Source: Chitinophagaceae bacterium
GTDB lineage: Bacteria > Bacteroidota > Bacteroidia > Chitinophagales > Chitinophagaceae
Assembly (NCBI GenBank): GCA_046598205.1
Contig: JBKJIX010000022.1
Span: 1 to 63,560 of the forward strand
Direction: 5' to 3'
DNA length: 63,560 bases
The notes beneath the pieces were generated by a model. That model had not been told where the DNA came from. It worked only from the letters and a program-made list of their open reading frames with translations, and made no database searches. Positions 10,607 through 20,724 of this stretch are shown here, piece by piece; position 1 is the stretch's first letter; each line of letters begins with the position of its first letter. A program made the translations under genes and the position numbers.

Positions 10607-11197
10607 TTATGCTTTTTGCTTTGCCTTTGCTGCAGGTTTTTTAGCAGCAGGTTTGCTCTTGCTTTTCTTTATTGCTGCATCTAATGCTGCACTCAGATTT
10701 GCAAAAGTTGGTTTCAGGGTAAACGGTACATCATTGATAAAGAAAGCAGGTATTTCTTTAACCCCACGGTTAATGCCTTCTTTCAAATCATCCTGCACCT
10801 GCCAGCCATATACACCGTTCACTAACTCATCCAGGAATTTTTTATTATTTACACCTGCTTCTTTACTATGCAGTTTTAAACTAGTAGTGCCCAGATTGCG
10901 ACGGTTTGCAAATAACACATTGTGCATTTCCCAAAACTTACCTTCTTGTCCGGCAGCTACTGCAGACTCACTTGCCTTAAGGCTACGTTGGTGAATCAAT
11001 GTCAATGGGAAGTGACGGAACTGAAACCTGATCTTTCCTTCATACTCTGCCAACAATTGCTTTACCACTTCGTTTACTTTGGCACATTCTTCACTTTCGT
11101 ATTCACCGAATTCTATGAGTGTAACGGGGGCATCTATATTGCCCACAAACATCTCTTTCGGTTCAATAATAATTACATCATCTTTTTTAAAAGCCAT
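10607..11197 (-). CDS. DsbA/thioredoxin-fold protein with SxxC instead of CxxC
   Basis: GNIDAPVTLIEFGEYESEEC...FRHFPL...GKFWEMH; K/A-rich tail. Confidence 0.85.
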   Translation of the reverse strand: MAFKKDDVIIIEPKEMFVGNIDAPVTLIEFGEYESEECAKVNEVVKQLLAEYEGKIRFQFRHFPLTLIHQRSLKASESAVAAGQEGKFWEMHNVLFANRRNLGTTSLKLHSKEAGVNNKKFLDELVNGVYGWQVQDDLKEGINRGVKEIPAFFINDVPFTLKPTFANLSAALDAAIKKSKSKPAAKKPAAKAKQKA

Positions 11198-11894
11198 TTT
11201 AGTTCTCCTTTTTTCAGCTCATCCCCTTACCTGGTTTTGAAACTGTTCTATTCATTAACAAATTCCCCGCCGTTTGGTTGAAGGAAAGGCCGTTATGCCA
11301 TTCCGTCTTAATCCCAAAGCGGTTGAAGATAATATTTTTCTGCACCCGGCCAAATCCAGTTACAAGTAATTTCCTAACACGAAAGTCCCATTTTGAGAAT
11401 CAGGCAGTTAAGAGTAATAAAAGAAAAAATTGAGCCGGTAAAAAGACTAATAACGGCTAAACCACATTTATGGTTGTTCTGTTTTATTTATAGTTGGTAC
11501 ATCTGTTGAAATTTAGGGGGAACACTAAATCAATTATGTGAAGTAACTGCATTCACAAGCCATCTTTATAGCTTGAAAAGGCTTGGGTATCTTTGCTCCT
11601 AATGAATTAAAATATTGATAATCATACTTTTAAATTCCCTGATAGTTGATTGGCTGTGCTGATAACAGCAATAACTTGGTTTGGAATGCCAAAATCTCCC
11701 ACCTAATTTTACATCATTAAAGCAACATCAACTTGCTTTTACCCGGAAAAAACTACCTGTCGTCAGACAGACAAAGAAACCGGAAACCCTAACTACACTT
11801 GCCCTTTTGTTTGCCCCTATTTCGCTTGCCCCACGATTGCAACCATCAACTTTTTATTAGTGGTCTCCAATTATTAACCTTTAAACTTTAAATT

Positions 11895-12305
11895 ATGAAA
11901 AAGATCTTCAAGAACAACCGTTTAATCGTCCTGGCATTCTTTACTGTATTTTCAGTGGCAATGTCTCCTGCTGTAATGGCTGGTGAAACCAATCCCGTTG
12001 TTCCTGCAGAATTGAAATTTGCCGGCCTGGTTCAAAATCAGCCTTTGTTTCAATTGAACGTTGCAGGTAATGCACTACAGGATGACTTTACAATCATCAT
12101 TACTGATGAGAATGGCAACGCCCTGTACAGAGAGAACATCAAAGGCCAGAACTTTACTAAGAAGTTTTTGCTGAACACAGAAGAACTTGGTGACAACCCC
12201 GTTCGTTTTGAAATATTCTGCAACAAGACTAAAAAGTCGGTGAAGTATGAGGTAAACCGTAATAGCCGGTTTGTTCAGGACGTAGCGATTAATGAAATGA
12301 AGTAA
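11895..12305 (+). CDS. Hypothetical secreted protein
   Basis: Signal peptide; 136 aa; followed by terminator. Confidence 0.75.
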   Translation: MKKIFKNNRLIVLAFFTVFSVAMSPAVMAGETNPVVPAELKFAGLVQNQPLFQLNVAGNALQDDFTIIITDENGNALYRENIKGQNFTKKFLLNTEELGDNPVRFEIFCNKTKKSVKYEVNRNSRFVQDVAINEMK

Positions 12306-12332
12306 ACTAACCTCTGTTTAATAACATGTCCT

Positions 12333-12368
12333 AAAACTCCACTGGCGATTGCCGGTGGAGTTTTTTTT
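12333..12368. terminator. Intrinsic (probably bidirectional) terminator
   Basis: AAAACTCCACTGGC-GATT-GCCGGTGGAGTTTTTTTT. Confidence 0.85.
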
Positions 12369-12442
12369 GTTTCTCCCTTTTAATAGTACCATCTGAAAGA
12401 GGGTCTTATCTTTTAAATTTTGGAGAGGCCATATTTTAAGGT

Positions 12443-14784
12443 TTATGCAATCTTACTATCATACAAATGCTTCTGAAACTCTATAAACAATGAACTGATT
12501 TTGGCGGCATCACCTAAAACCTCTTTGGCATCTTCGAGTGAATGATACTTGTTGGTAAGCAGGATAGGTAATTTTTCCCTATCCAGTTCTTCCACCCCGG
12601 TTTCAATATACTTAGTGAGTACAAACTCCAAAAACTCTTTCTGGTGATTATCCAGCATAGAAAAAATATTTTGCTGTGCAGAGGCAACTCTTTTTTTCCG
12701 GGTAATGGTTTTAGCTGAATAGGCTACAAACTCTAACACATCAAACAAATCACATTTTTCTGCCTCAATAATTTTCTGAAGATTGGTCAGTTCTTCTTTA
12801 CCAAAACCAGCTTCATCCAATTTGTCTAACAATATTTTTCTTGTAAGTGGGCTACTCCAGATTTTTCTTAATTCAGCTTCGCTATTAAACAGGTCAGGTA
12901 TTTTTCCATACAATGCATTTAAAAACTCTTGTACCGTCATTGGATTACCATCAGGGCCGATAAACGTAGTTGCTACGGAGTGTTGAATTATATGCTCTTT
13001 ACCATTGCCCAGCTTCACTTTAATCTTTACCTGTTTTTCAAAAGGAGCTTGATCCTCTTCAAAAGATTGTGATTCTTCCAGTTCATCTTTTGGCGGCTTG
13101 GGGTCTGTTTCAACTGGTTCTATAGGTTCTCCATCCCATTCAGGGTCTTTAAACCGTTCGCTGGCATTTACAAAATCGTAAATGGTAAAGAAATTTTTAT
13201 CATCAAATAATCTTGTACCACGGCCAACAATCTGTTTAAACTCGATAATGTTATTGACCGGACGAAGCAAAATAATGTTGCGGATATTTCTGGCATCTAC
13301 ACCGGTGGAGAGTTTTTGAGAAGTAGTTAAAATGGTAGGTGTACTTTTTTCATTATCCTGGAACTCCCGTAAGTATTGTTCACCCAGCTCACCATCATTG
13401 GAAGTTACCCGTACACAGTAATTAGGGTCTTTAGAGGCTGAGCTTGTCGAAGCCTTATACTGATTGATTAAATCCCGGATAGCCGCCGCATGTTCCTGTG
13501 TGGCGCAGAACACCAATGTTTTTTCTTTCTGGTCAATCAGGTCCATAAAAATCTTTACTCTTTTTTCTTCTCTTGCTTTTATTTCAATGATTCTGTTGAA
13601 GTCACTTTCTGTATACGTTTTTCCTTCTTCTATTTCTCCTTCTACTACATTATCATCAGCCTGATAAGTATATTCATCCAGCGAAGTAGTTATTTTTTTA
13701 CTTTGAAAGGAGTAAGGTAACCATCTTCTATTCCTTCTTTTAATGAATAGATATAAACAGGCTTTCCAAAATATTTGTACGTATCTGTATTCTCTTTTCT
13801 TTTAGGAGTGGCCGTTAATCCAATCTGAACTGCTGGTGAAAAATATTCCAGTATACCCCGCCAGTTACTTTCATCATTGGCACCGCCACGGTGACATTCA
13901 TCTATAAATATCAAATCAAAATAATCTTTAGGGTATTCTCCAAAATAAGGAACAGGATTGCCTTCCTTATCTGTGCCACTCATAAAGGTTTGAAAAATGG
14001 TAAAGAAGATACTGCCATTGGTAGGTACTGAACCTTTCTTTCTTATTTCGCTTGGTTTGATGCGTACCATCGCATCCTCAGGAAAAGCAGAGAAAGCATT
14101 ATATGCCTGATCGGCGAGAATATTTCTGTCGGCTAAAAATAAAATTCTTGGCCTCCGGTTACCGTTATATTGTAAGTTCCATCTTGTTTGAAACAATTTC
14201 CAGGCAATTTGAAAAGCAATGAATGTTTTACCTGTACCGGTAGCCAATGTCAGTAATATCCTGTTTCTTTTCTCTGCTATGGCATCCATGGTATTATCTA
14301 CCGCCACTTCCTGGTAAAAACGACCACCCATGGTGCCACCCTTTGTTTCGTAAGGCGATAGACTAAACTCTTCCTTCCATTTATTAGGTTTGGGATTGGC
14401 TTTATTCCATAATACTTCTGGTGAGTGAAAGTTGTCTACCAAACCTTCGTTTGCGGAATCCATATCAATATGATAAATCTCAATACCATTCGCTGAGTAG
14501 GTATCATCAATCTGTAATTTTTGAGCATAGTCTTTTGCCTGTGCCACACCTTCACCCACTGGTAATTCATCAGCTTTGGCTTCAACAATTGCAAGTTTCT
14601 TTCCTTTATAGGTTAATACATAATCTGCAATGACGGGTTTCTTTCTTCCTCCCGTTGCCTTTATTTTACCGGCAGCAATAATATATTCCCGGTGTACTTT
14701 TACATCGGGGTTGGCTTTACCATCCCAGCCATTTTCTTTTAGCTTGGGGTCTATCAGTTCGGCTCTTGTTTCTGCTTCGTTCAT
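12443..14784 (-). pseudogene. hsdR: Type I restriction subunit HsdR (EcoAI/EcoEI-like), split by a 1-nt frameshift at an A7 run (13693-13699)
   Basis: N-part MNEAETR, nuclease DY..VEAK, ATGTGKT, DECHRG, GLTATP; C-part LSTGVD, QIVGRGTR; one extra A gives continuous PFKVKKITTSLDEY. Confidence 0.88.
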
Positions 14785-14786
14785 TG

Positions 14787-15449
14787 CTGTATTACGATTT
14801 TCAGGATTATTTGATTGCAGGATTATTTTTGATGTAGTCTTTATTTTCAGGATGATTGACATTGTACACCCTTTTAAATTCAAGACTTTTTGCGCCAAAA
14901 TTTATCAATAATCCGATAGCTAAATTATACGCCTGGCAGTAATTCATGGCCTGTGCCAGGTGAACATCTTCCAACTTTATTATTGCTTTTAACTCAACCA
15001 TAATATTTCCTTCCACAAAAAAATCTACTCTCCGGGTTCCAATATCTACACCTTCATAAAAAATGGTCATCTCCATTTCCCGTTGAAATTGCAACCCCTG
15101 CTTTTGCAGCTCAATAACCATAGCCCGTTGATAAATCACTTCCTGAAAACCGTTTCCAAGTGTGGAATGTACTTTCATTGCACAGCCGATTATTTTATGG
15201 GTTAATTCTTCATACTTCATTATTATGATTTTTATGGTTTAATGATTGTAGGAATGGCTTCTTTACATTTTCCTGTCTGTATTATGATTTTTAGGATTTA
15301 TTGATTTTTGGATTGGTTTCTTTACAGTTGGTGGTATCATATTGCATTCATTTTATTTTTTATAATTGTATTATCCTCTAATCATACCGATCTCTAATCT
15401 TATCGTCCTCTAATCTTATCATCCTTTCATCCCAAAAATCATAATCCAG
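14787..15449. repeat. Four copies of a ~35-38 bp GATT-periodic repeat bracketing the GxxExxY gene
   Basis: Direct copies 14787-14824, 15221-15255, 15277-15314; inverted copy 15412-15449. Confidence 0.75.
14807..15220 (-). CDS. GxxExxY protein (PD-(D/E)xK nuclease-like)
   Basis: LGNGFQEVIYQ (GxxExxY), RRVDFFVE..VELK, GLLINFG. Confidence 0.92.
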   Translation of the reverse strand: MKYEELTHKIIGCAMKVHSTLGNGFQEVIYQRAMVIELQKQGLQFQREMEMTIFYEGVDIGTRRVDFFVEGNIMVELKAIIKLEDVHLAQAMNYCQAYNLAIGLLINFGAKSLEFKRVYNVNHPENKDYIKNNPAIK

Positions 15450-16653
15450 ACAATTGCCCACTAAATGCTTTTTGCAAAACCGATTTTTTCAACTCTTCCA
15501 AATCATTTATTTTTTGTTCGTAGAGGGCTTCAAGTCTATTGGTTTCTATGCTAAGGACATCTAACTTTCTAACGATAATTTGTTGCTCTTTTATTTTCGG
15601 ATACGGTGTTTGAATTTTTCTTAGATCCCCAATATTAATTTGCATTAATGCCGCTCCATATGTTTTTGCTTTAATTTGTTTTTGTACAAAATTTGAAATC
15701 ATAAGATAATATCCGAATTCTTGGTCAATTATAGTTGAATTGAATCTGATAGGAACTATTCCTCTAGTAACATTTCCACCTTTCAGCTCTTTTGTAGCAA
15801 TAGAAATTGTACCAGTTGTTCCCCGGACGCAAAGCAATAATTCATCACCAATTAATTTAGTCCTTTTGTATCCATCAGCCAATTGGGGGTCAATTCGTTT
15901 AAGCCCATTTAAGTTAATATATCTACTTGTCAAATCAGTTGGTCTAATTACAGGCAAACCATTTGAATACTCCTCTCCTGGTTGAACAATACCATACGAA
16001 AGTGTACATTTCTCATCAGCTAAATCTTCTAAACTCTTCTCCTCCCAACCTTCTCCTTTATTTTCAAACACCCCTTGCAAATAACTCTCAAAAAGTTCTT
16101 TTGCATTTTTAAGGTTTTGTTCGGTATTGGCTTTTGCTTTGGCTATGGCGGCAAAGGCTTCATCTAATATGGCTACGATGCGTTGTTGTTCGGGGAGGGA
16201 GGGGAAGGGAATCTTGGTATTTTTAATTTTTATCTGAGAAATGTTGGGTTGTGCCCCACCAACAGCTTGAGAAACTAATTCTTCTTTTTTTGAGAGAAAA
16301 CAATAGAATAAATATTCTGGAATAGTTTTATTGTTTGGTAGAATGCCGCATACAGCTTGATTTGTGCAGGCTTCAAATTTTAATATACCAACTTGACCTG
16401 CAGTTGCGCCATACATTGCAACCAGTACAGTATTGGGAGGAAATAATTTAGCTGAAGAGTTTTTTAATCCTTTTTCTGTAATGAAATTTTTAGCTTCGAA
16501 TATTTCTCCTTGACTTACCTCTCCGCTCATTAGCCAAGGGATAGTTCCGCCTTCATAATAATCTTTATGAGCTTTCAAAGGGGTGCCTCCAGCACCTGTT
16601 TCGCAAACATCACTTAACTTTTTTATTTTCCACCCTTGTTTCATATCAATCAT
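15439..16653 (-). CDS. hsdS: Type I R-M specificity subunit HsdS
   Basis: Two TRDs, each followed by a conserved helix (PSLPEQQRIVAILD; PKIKEQQIIVRKLD), C-terminal LQKAFSGQL; start 16653 or 16644. Confidence 0.93.
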   Translation of the reverse strand: MIDMKQGWKIKKLSDVCETGAGGTPLKAHKDYYEGGTIPWLMSGEVSQGEIFEAKNFITEKGLKNSSAKLFPPNTVLVAMYGATAGQVGILKFEACTNQAVCGILPNNKTIPEYLFYCFLSKKEELVSQAVGGAQPNISQIKIKNTKIPFPSLPEQQRIVAILDEAFAAIAKAKANTEQNLKNAKELFESYLQGVFENKGEGWEEKSLEDLADEKCTLSYGIVQPGEEYSNGLPVIRPTDLTSRYINLNGLKRIDPQLADGYKRTKLIGDELLLCVRGTTGTISIATKELKGGNVTRGIVPIRFNSTIIDQEFGYYLMISNFVQKQIKAKTYGAALMQINIGDLRKIQTPYPKIKEQQIIVRKLDVLSIETNRLEALYEQKINDLEELKKSVLQKAFSGQLSGL

Positions 16654-17746
16654 TCTTTTTAGGCATAAGTATTTTTTCAAAATCTTTGGCGGTAGGCAGT
16701 TTACCCAATAGTTTGCCTGGTAGTTTTTTGCTAAGCTTATATTGCGCTACACCTATTGGTTTTGATACTGTTTTTAATGCATATTCTACTTCCAAGTGAT
16801 TTTTGTGTGGCACCAGCAAAATGCCAATACTCGGCTGGTCATCCGGTTGTTTTAATTGCTCATCTATCAATTGTAAATAAAAATCGAGTTTGCCCACAAA
16901 TTCCGGTTCAAACTCTGTAACCTTTAGTTCTACCGCCACCAGGCATTTAAGTATGCGGTGGTAAAAAAGCAAATCAATAAAATATTCTTTTTCTCCTAAT
17001 GTAATGCGGTATTGATTGGCTATAAAACAAAACCCATAACCTAATTCCATCATCAGGCGTTTTACTTTTTCAACCATATTGGTTTCCAGCTCTCTCTCAG
17101 TAATGGGTTTGTTGATAGCTAAAAAATCGAGAGTATAAACACTTTTAATACTTTCCTGTGCCTGCTCCAGTAAGTGTTTTGGTAAAACGGTTTCAAAATT
17201 ATGTTGTGATGGGTGCAGCAAATAATTACCATACGCATCTGCCTGTATTTGATGTAACAAAACGGAACGACTGTATTTATTTTTAATAGTGGCTTGCAAA
17301 TAAAAAATACGGGCTTTTATATCTTTTACTTTTTGGAGAATTAAAATATTATGTCCCCACGGTACTTCTGAAACAAGTTGTTTCAGTTTCTTAATTTCTG
17401 AAACAGCCTGTTTCAGTTTTGAATTTTTCAATTCTGAATCAGCTTGATTCAGAATTGAGTATTCATTAACCAATTGCCGCATTAACCAAAGGTTACGGGG
17501 GCTCCAGGTTACCCCTTCGCCAATATGATGATTCAAATCTTTACTTAATTGTTCTACTATTGATTTGCCCCAGCCATGTTCTTTTTGTTTGTTAATAATT
17601 AACTCGCCAATACTCCAATACAATGTATTTGAAATAGTTTGTACTGCCTGCACTGCAAGTACACGGTGGTTTTGTACCAGGCTAACAATTTCTGCTAAAA
17701 ATTTTTGATATGCTTTATCAGAACTGTTTTTTTTAATAGTTTTCAT
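16646..17746 (-). CDS. YhcG/DUF1016 PD-(D/E)xK nuclease-domain protein
   Basis: LYWSIG...WGKSIVEQLSKDL; IDLLFYHRILKCLVAVELK; SIGILL. Confidence 0.9.
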   Translation of the reverse strand: MKTIKKNSSDKAYQKFLAEIVSLVQNHRVLAVQAVQTISNTLYWSIGELIINKQKEHGWGKSIVEQLSKDLNHHIGEGVTWSPRNLWLMRQLVNEYSILNQADSELKNSKLKQAVSEIKKLKQLVSEVPWGHNILILQKVKDIKARIFYLQATIKNKYSRSVLLHQIQADAYGNYLLHPSQHNFETVLPKHLLEQAQESIKSVYTLDFLAINKPITERELETNMVEKVKRLMMELGYGFCFIANQYRITLGEKEYFIDLLFYHRILKCLVAVELKVTEFEPEFVGKLDFYLQLIDEQLKQPDDQPSIGILLVPHKNHLEVEYALKTVSKPIGVAQYKLSKKLPGKLLGKLPTAKDFEKILMPKKND

Positions 17747-17814
17747 AACAATTTCAAAATTGAGTATAAAATACTTTCCACCGAGTTTTTATCCAGCGTA
17801 GTAAAAGCAAACCA

Positions 17815-18037
17815 TTCTTCTCCCCTTCGTTTTGAACTGTCGCAAAATTTGCGACAGTTGAAAGTCGGCTAATTCTTCTTTCAATACGTTGGCAATGTGC
17901 TTACAAATGGTTTTAACATCCCTGTCAAATAATAAAGCAATTTGCTGCCGGTTTAGCCAAACAGTATCGCTCTATACTCTTACTTCGAGATGTGCAGTTC
18001 GCTTATCTAACTGATATAAAATGATTTCATCGTTCAT
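17815..18037 (-). pseudogene. RhuM-like gene remnant
   Basis: MNDEIILYQ..HLEVRV*SDTVWLNRQQIALLFDRDVKTICKHIANV; TAG at 17972-17974, then frameshift to TVANFATVQNEG and truncation. Confidence 0.8.
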
Positions 18038-18813
18038 AATTCTAAACATTCAGGTAGCATTAATAAAAAAGGGAGTGCCTTTGTATAATCCAACTGTTCA
18101 TAAAATATACCTAACCGGTTTAGGTTTTTGTAATAATCATTTACATGGTTGTAATAGTTAAGTTCGCTTTGTAAGTACCAGGCGTTGTTGCCTAATTTTT
18201 GGGCTATAAACCATTTTTCTAACAAGCGGCCTGCTCTGCCGTTGCCATCTTCAAAAGGGTGAATGTTTACAAATGACAGGTGTATAAAGGCAGCATAGTA
18301 AAAAACTTCTTCGGTGCTTAATTCTTTTTTAAGTAGAGTTGTAATATCACGCCAAAGTATTTTCATTAAGCCGTCTACTTCTTCAAACAGGGCTGCTTCA
18401 AATTGCACCCTGAATGTTTTATGCTCCATTACCAGCATATTTACTTTGCGGTATTTGCCTTGTTTGTTTTTGGCTAATAAATGGGTAGCTATTATCTGAT
18501 GTGCAGTTAAAAAGTTTTTTTTATTCAACTCATTTTTTTGAGCAAACAAATAGGCATTATAAAGGTCGTTTGGTTTTTGTACCAAATCCTGCTGATAATC
18601 TATGTTCAGCATTTTGTGTTTTACATAGCTGTCTATTTCCAGGGTTTCGCCTTCTATTTTGCTGCTTGCCATTGCCGAAACAGCAGTATAAAAACTAAAC
18701 GATTCGGTACTTATTTCCGCATCCTTTAATGCGGCAAATTTTTCTTCTACATTTTTTACCTGCTCTAAGTAAGCTGGCAGCAGGTCAGTTTTTATAAGTT
18801 GCAGTTTATCCAT
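18034..18813 (-). CDS. Fic-domain protein (class II-like)
   Basis: HPFEDGNGRAGR Fic motif; N-terminal SSKIEG inhibitory motif. Confidence 0.92.
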   Translation of the reverse strand: MDKLQLIKTDLLPAYLEQVKNVEEKFAALKDAEISTESFSFYTAVSAMASSKIEGETLEIDSYVKHKMLNIDYQQDLVQKPNDLYNAYLFAQKNELNKKNFLTAHQIIATHLLAKNKQGKYRKVNMLVMEHKTFRVQFEAALFEEVDGLMKILWRDITTLLKKELSTEEVFYYAAFIHLSFVNIHPFEDGNGRAGRLLEKWFIAQKLGNNAWYLQSELNYYNHVNDYYKNLNRLGIFYEQLDYTKALPFLLMLPECLEL

Positions 18814-20266
18814 TTATCAACTCATTTAAAGTTTCTAACACGGCATTCGCTTCTTCATCCAATATTTTCATCTGCTCTAATATTTCTTGCGGCTGGCGCA
18901 AAGCAGCTTCTTCTTTTTTATTGGGGTTTTTGGCACTCAGGTCAAAAGTGGTGGGGTCAATGTCTTTAACTTTTATAGTCCAGCTATTTTCGCTTTCGGC
19001 AAAAGTCTTTTGCAATTGTACAAAGTCTGCCAAATCATTTTCATTCAGTGCATTTGTTTTACCCAGGTTGCGGTCTAAGTTCAGTTGGTAAAACCATACT
19101 TTTTTGGTGGCGGTTCCTTTTTCAAAAAACAATACCACGGTTTTAACGCCTGCACCGGTAAATGTGCCGCCCGGTAAGTCCAACACGGTATGCAGGTTGC
19201 AGTTTTCCAATAACAGTTTGCGTAAGCTAATGCTGGCATTATCGGTATTGCTTAAAAAAGTGTTTTTAATTACCACACCGGCTTTTCCACCTGCTTTCAA
19301 TATTTTAATAAAATGCTGTAAAAACAAACTGGCCGTTTCACCAGTTTTTATCGGAAAGTTTTGCTGTACTTCGGCTCGTTCTTTTCCGCCAAAGGGTGGG
19401 TTAGCCAATACAATATTATAGCGGTCTTTTTCCTGTATGTCGGCAAGGTTTATTGCAAGGGTGTTGGTATGTATAATATTGGGTGCTTCTACACCGTGGA
19501 GTATCATATTCATAATACCAATGATGTAGGCCAGCGATGCTTTTTCTTTTCCGTAAAAGGTTTTCTTTTGTAAGGTGGTTACATCAGCCGTAGTCAACTT
19601 TTTGCTGCTCTTTAAATATTCAAATGCTTCGCATAAGAATCCGGCACTTCCTACTGCACCATCGTAAATCTTTTGGCCTATTTCCGGGGCTACTACTTTT
19701 ATAATGGTTTTAATCAATGGCCGTGGTGTGTAGTATTCGCCACCATTGCGGTCGGCATTGCCCATGTTTTTAATCTTGTCTTCATAGAGATGAGACATTT
19801 CATGTTTCTCCGCAGAAGTGCGGAAACGGAGCTGGCTTATCAGTTCTATTACTTCCCGCAGCGAATAACCGCTTTGTACTTTGTTTCTTAGTTCGCTAAA
19901 AATTTCTCCGATTTTATACTCAATGGTATCGGCACTTTCTGCATCTGTTTTAAATTTTTTGAAATAGGGAAACAGTTTGCCGTTTACAAAATCGGTAAGG
20001 TCATCCCCGGTTAATGCTTTATGATGGTCAACCTTGCCTTCTTTATTTAACGGCATTGCCCATACATTCCATTGAAATTCTCTTTTAATAATGGGGCTGT
20101 ATGTTTTTCCGGTCAATTCTGCGGCGGTGGCTTTGTCTTTTTCTAAGTCATCAAGGTATTTTAGAAATAGTATCCAGGAAGTTTGTTCTACATAATCGAG
20201 TTCTGTTTGTGAGCCGCCTGCTTTGCGGAGTATATCATCAATATTCTTGAAGGTTTGTTCGAACAT
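18806..20266 (-). CDS. hsdM: Type I R-M N6-adenine methyltransferase HsdM
   Basis: GEYYTPR, DGAVGSAGFL (motif I), ANPPF (motif IV). Confidence 0.95.
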   Translation of the reverse strand: MFEQTFKNIDDILRKAGGSQTELDYVEQTSWILFLKYLDDLEKDKATAAELTGKTYSPIIKREFQWNVWAMPLNKEGKVDHHKALTGDDLTDFVNGKLFPYFKKFKTDAESADTIEYKIGEIFSELRNKVQSGYSLREVIELISQLRFRTSAEKHEMSHLYEDKIKNMGNADRNGGEYYTPRPLIKTIIKVVAPEIGQKIYDGAVGSAGFLCEAFEYLKSSKKLTTADVTTLQKKTFYGKEKASLAYIIGIMNMILHGVEAPNIIHTNTLAINLADIQEKDRYNIVLANPPFGGKERAEVQQNFPIKTGETASLFLQHFIKILKAGGKAGVVIKNTFLSNTDNASISLRKLLLENCNLHTVLDLPGGTFTGAGVKTVVLFFEKGTATKKVWFYQLNLDRNLGKTNALNENDLADFVQLQKTFAESENSWTIKVKDIDPTTFDLSAKNPNKKEEAALRQPQEILEQMKILDEEANAVLETLNELING

Positions 20267-20300
20267 GGTTGGTTTTTGATTGTCTCACAAAATAAGGAAA

Positions 20301-20708
20301 GATTCCGGGGTCAAGCCCGGAATGACAGAGATTGTAAGAAGCAAAATGAGATTTCGAAAATGGCGAGTAAAGAACAGAACGTACAAGAGTGTGACACAAC
20401 TGGGCTGATAGTAGTAATGCAGTTGGGTAAATAATTAATAGAGACAGATACCGGGTCAAGCCCGGTACGACAGCCTATTACCCTTCGACAAGATTCCTCC
20501 TTCGTCGGAATGACAAATTCTCCTATCGTGGGGATGACAAATAATCCTCCTTCGCCACATGCCGTCGCTTAAGCTATGGCAGTTGAAAAGGCTTCGGCGG
20601 ATAAAAAAAACCCCCGATAAGAATATCGGGGGAACAACTAAAAAACACTAGCTAAATGCTAAGTTTCATTGGAACGAACTTCCTTCAGCTGCGCTTCAGG
20701 ATGACAAA
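20301..20708. repeat. Cluster of REP-like hairpin repeats (..GGAATGACA family) plus a CCTTCGCC..GCTTCGG element
   Basis: GATTCCGGGGTCAAGCCCGGAATGACA (20301), GATACCGGGTCAAGCCCGGTACGACA (~20447), GATTCCTCCTTCGTCGGAATGACA (~20492), two further degenerate copies. Confidence 0.75.
20603..20632 (-). terminator. Intrinsic terminator of the dcw operon
   Basis: CCCCCGATA-loop-TATCGGGGG with A8 on the left (U-tract on minus strand). Confidence 0.8.
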
Positions 20709-20724
20709 GCGCAGCAATTATTTA

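Noticed and set aside
20238-20459. 73-aa ORF upstream of hsdM
   Set aside because: Made largely of REP-like repeats (CHSGLDPG is the repeat translation).
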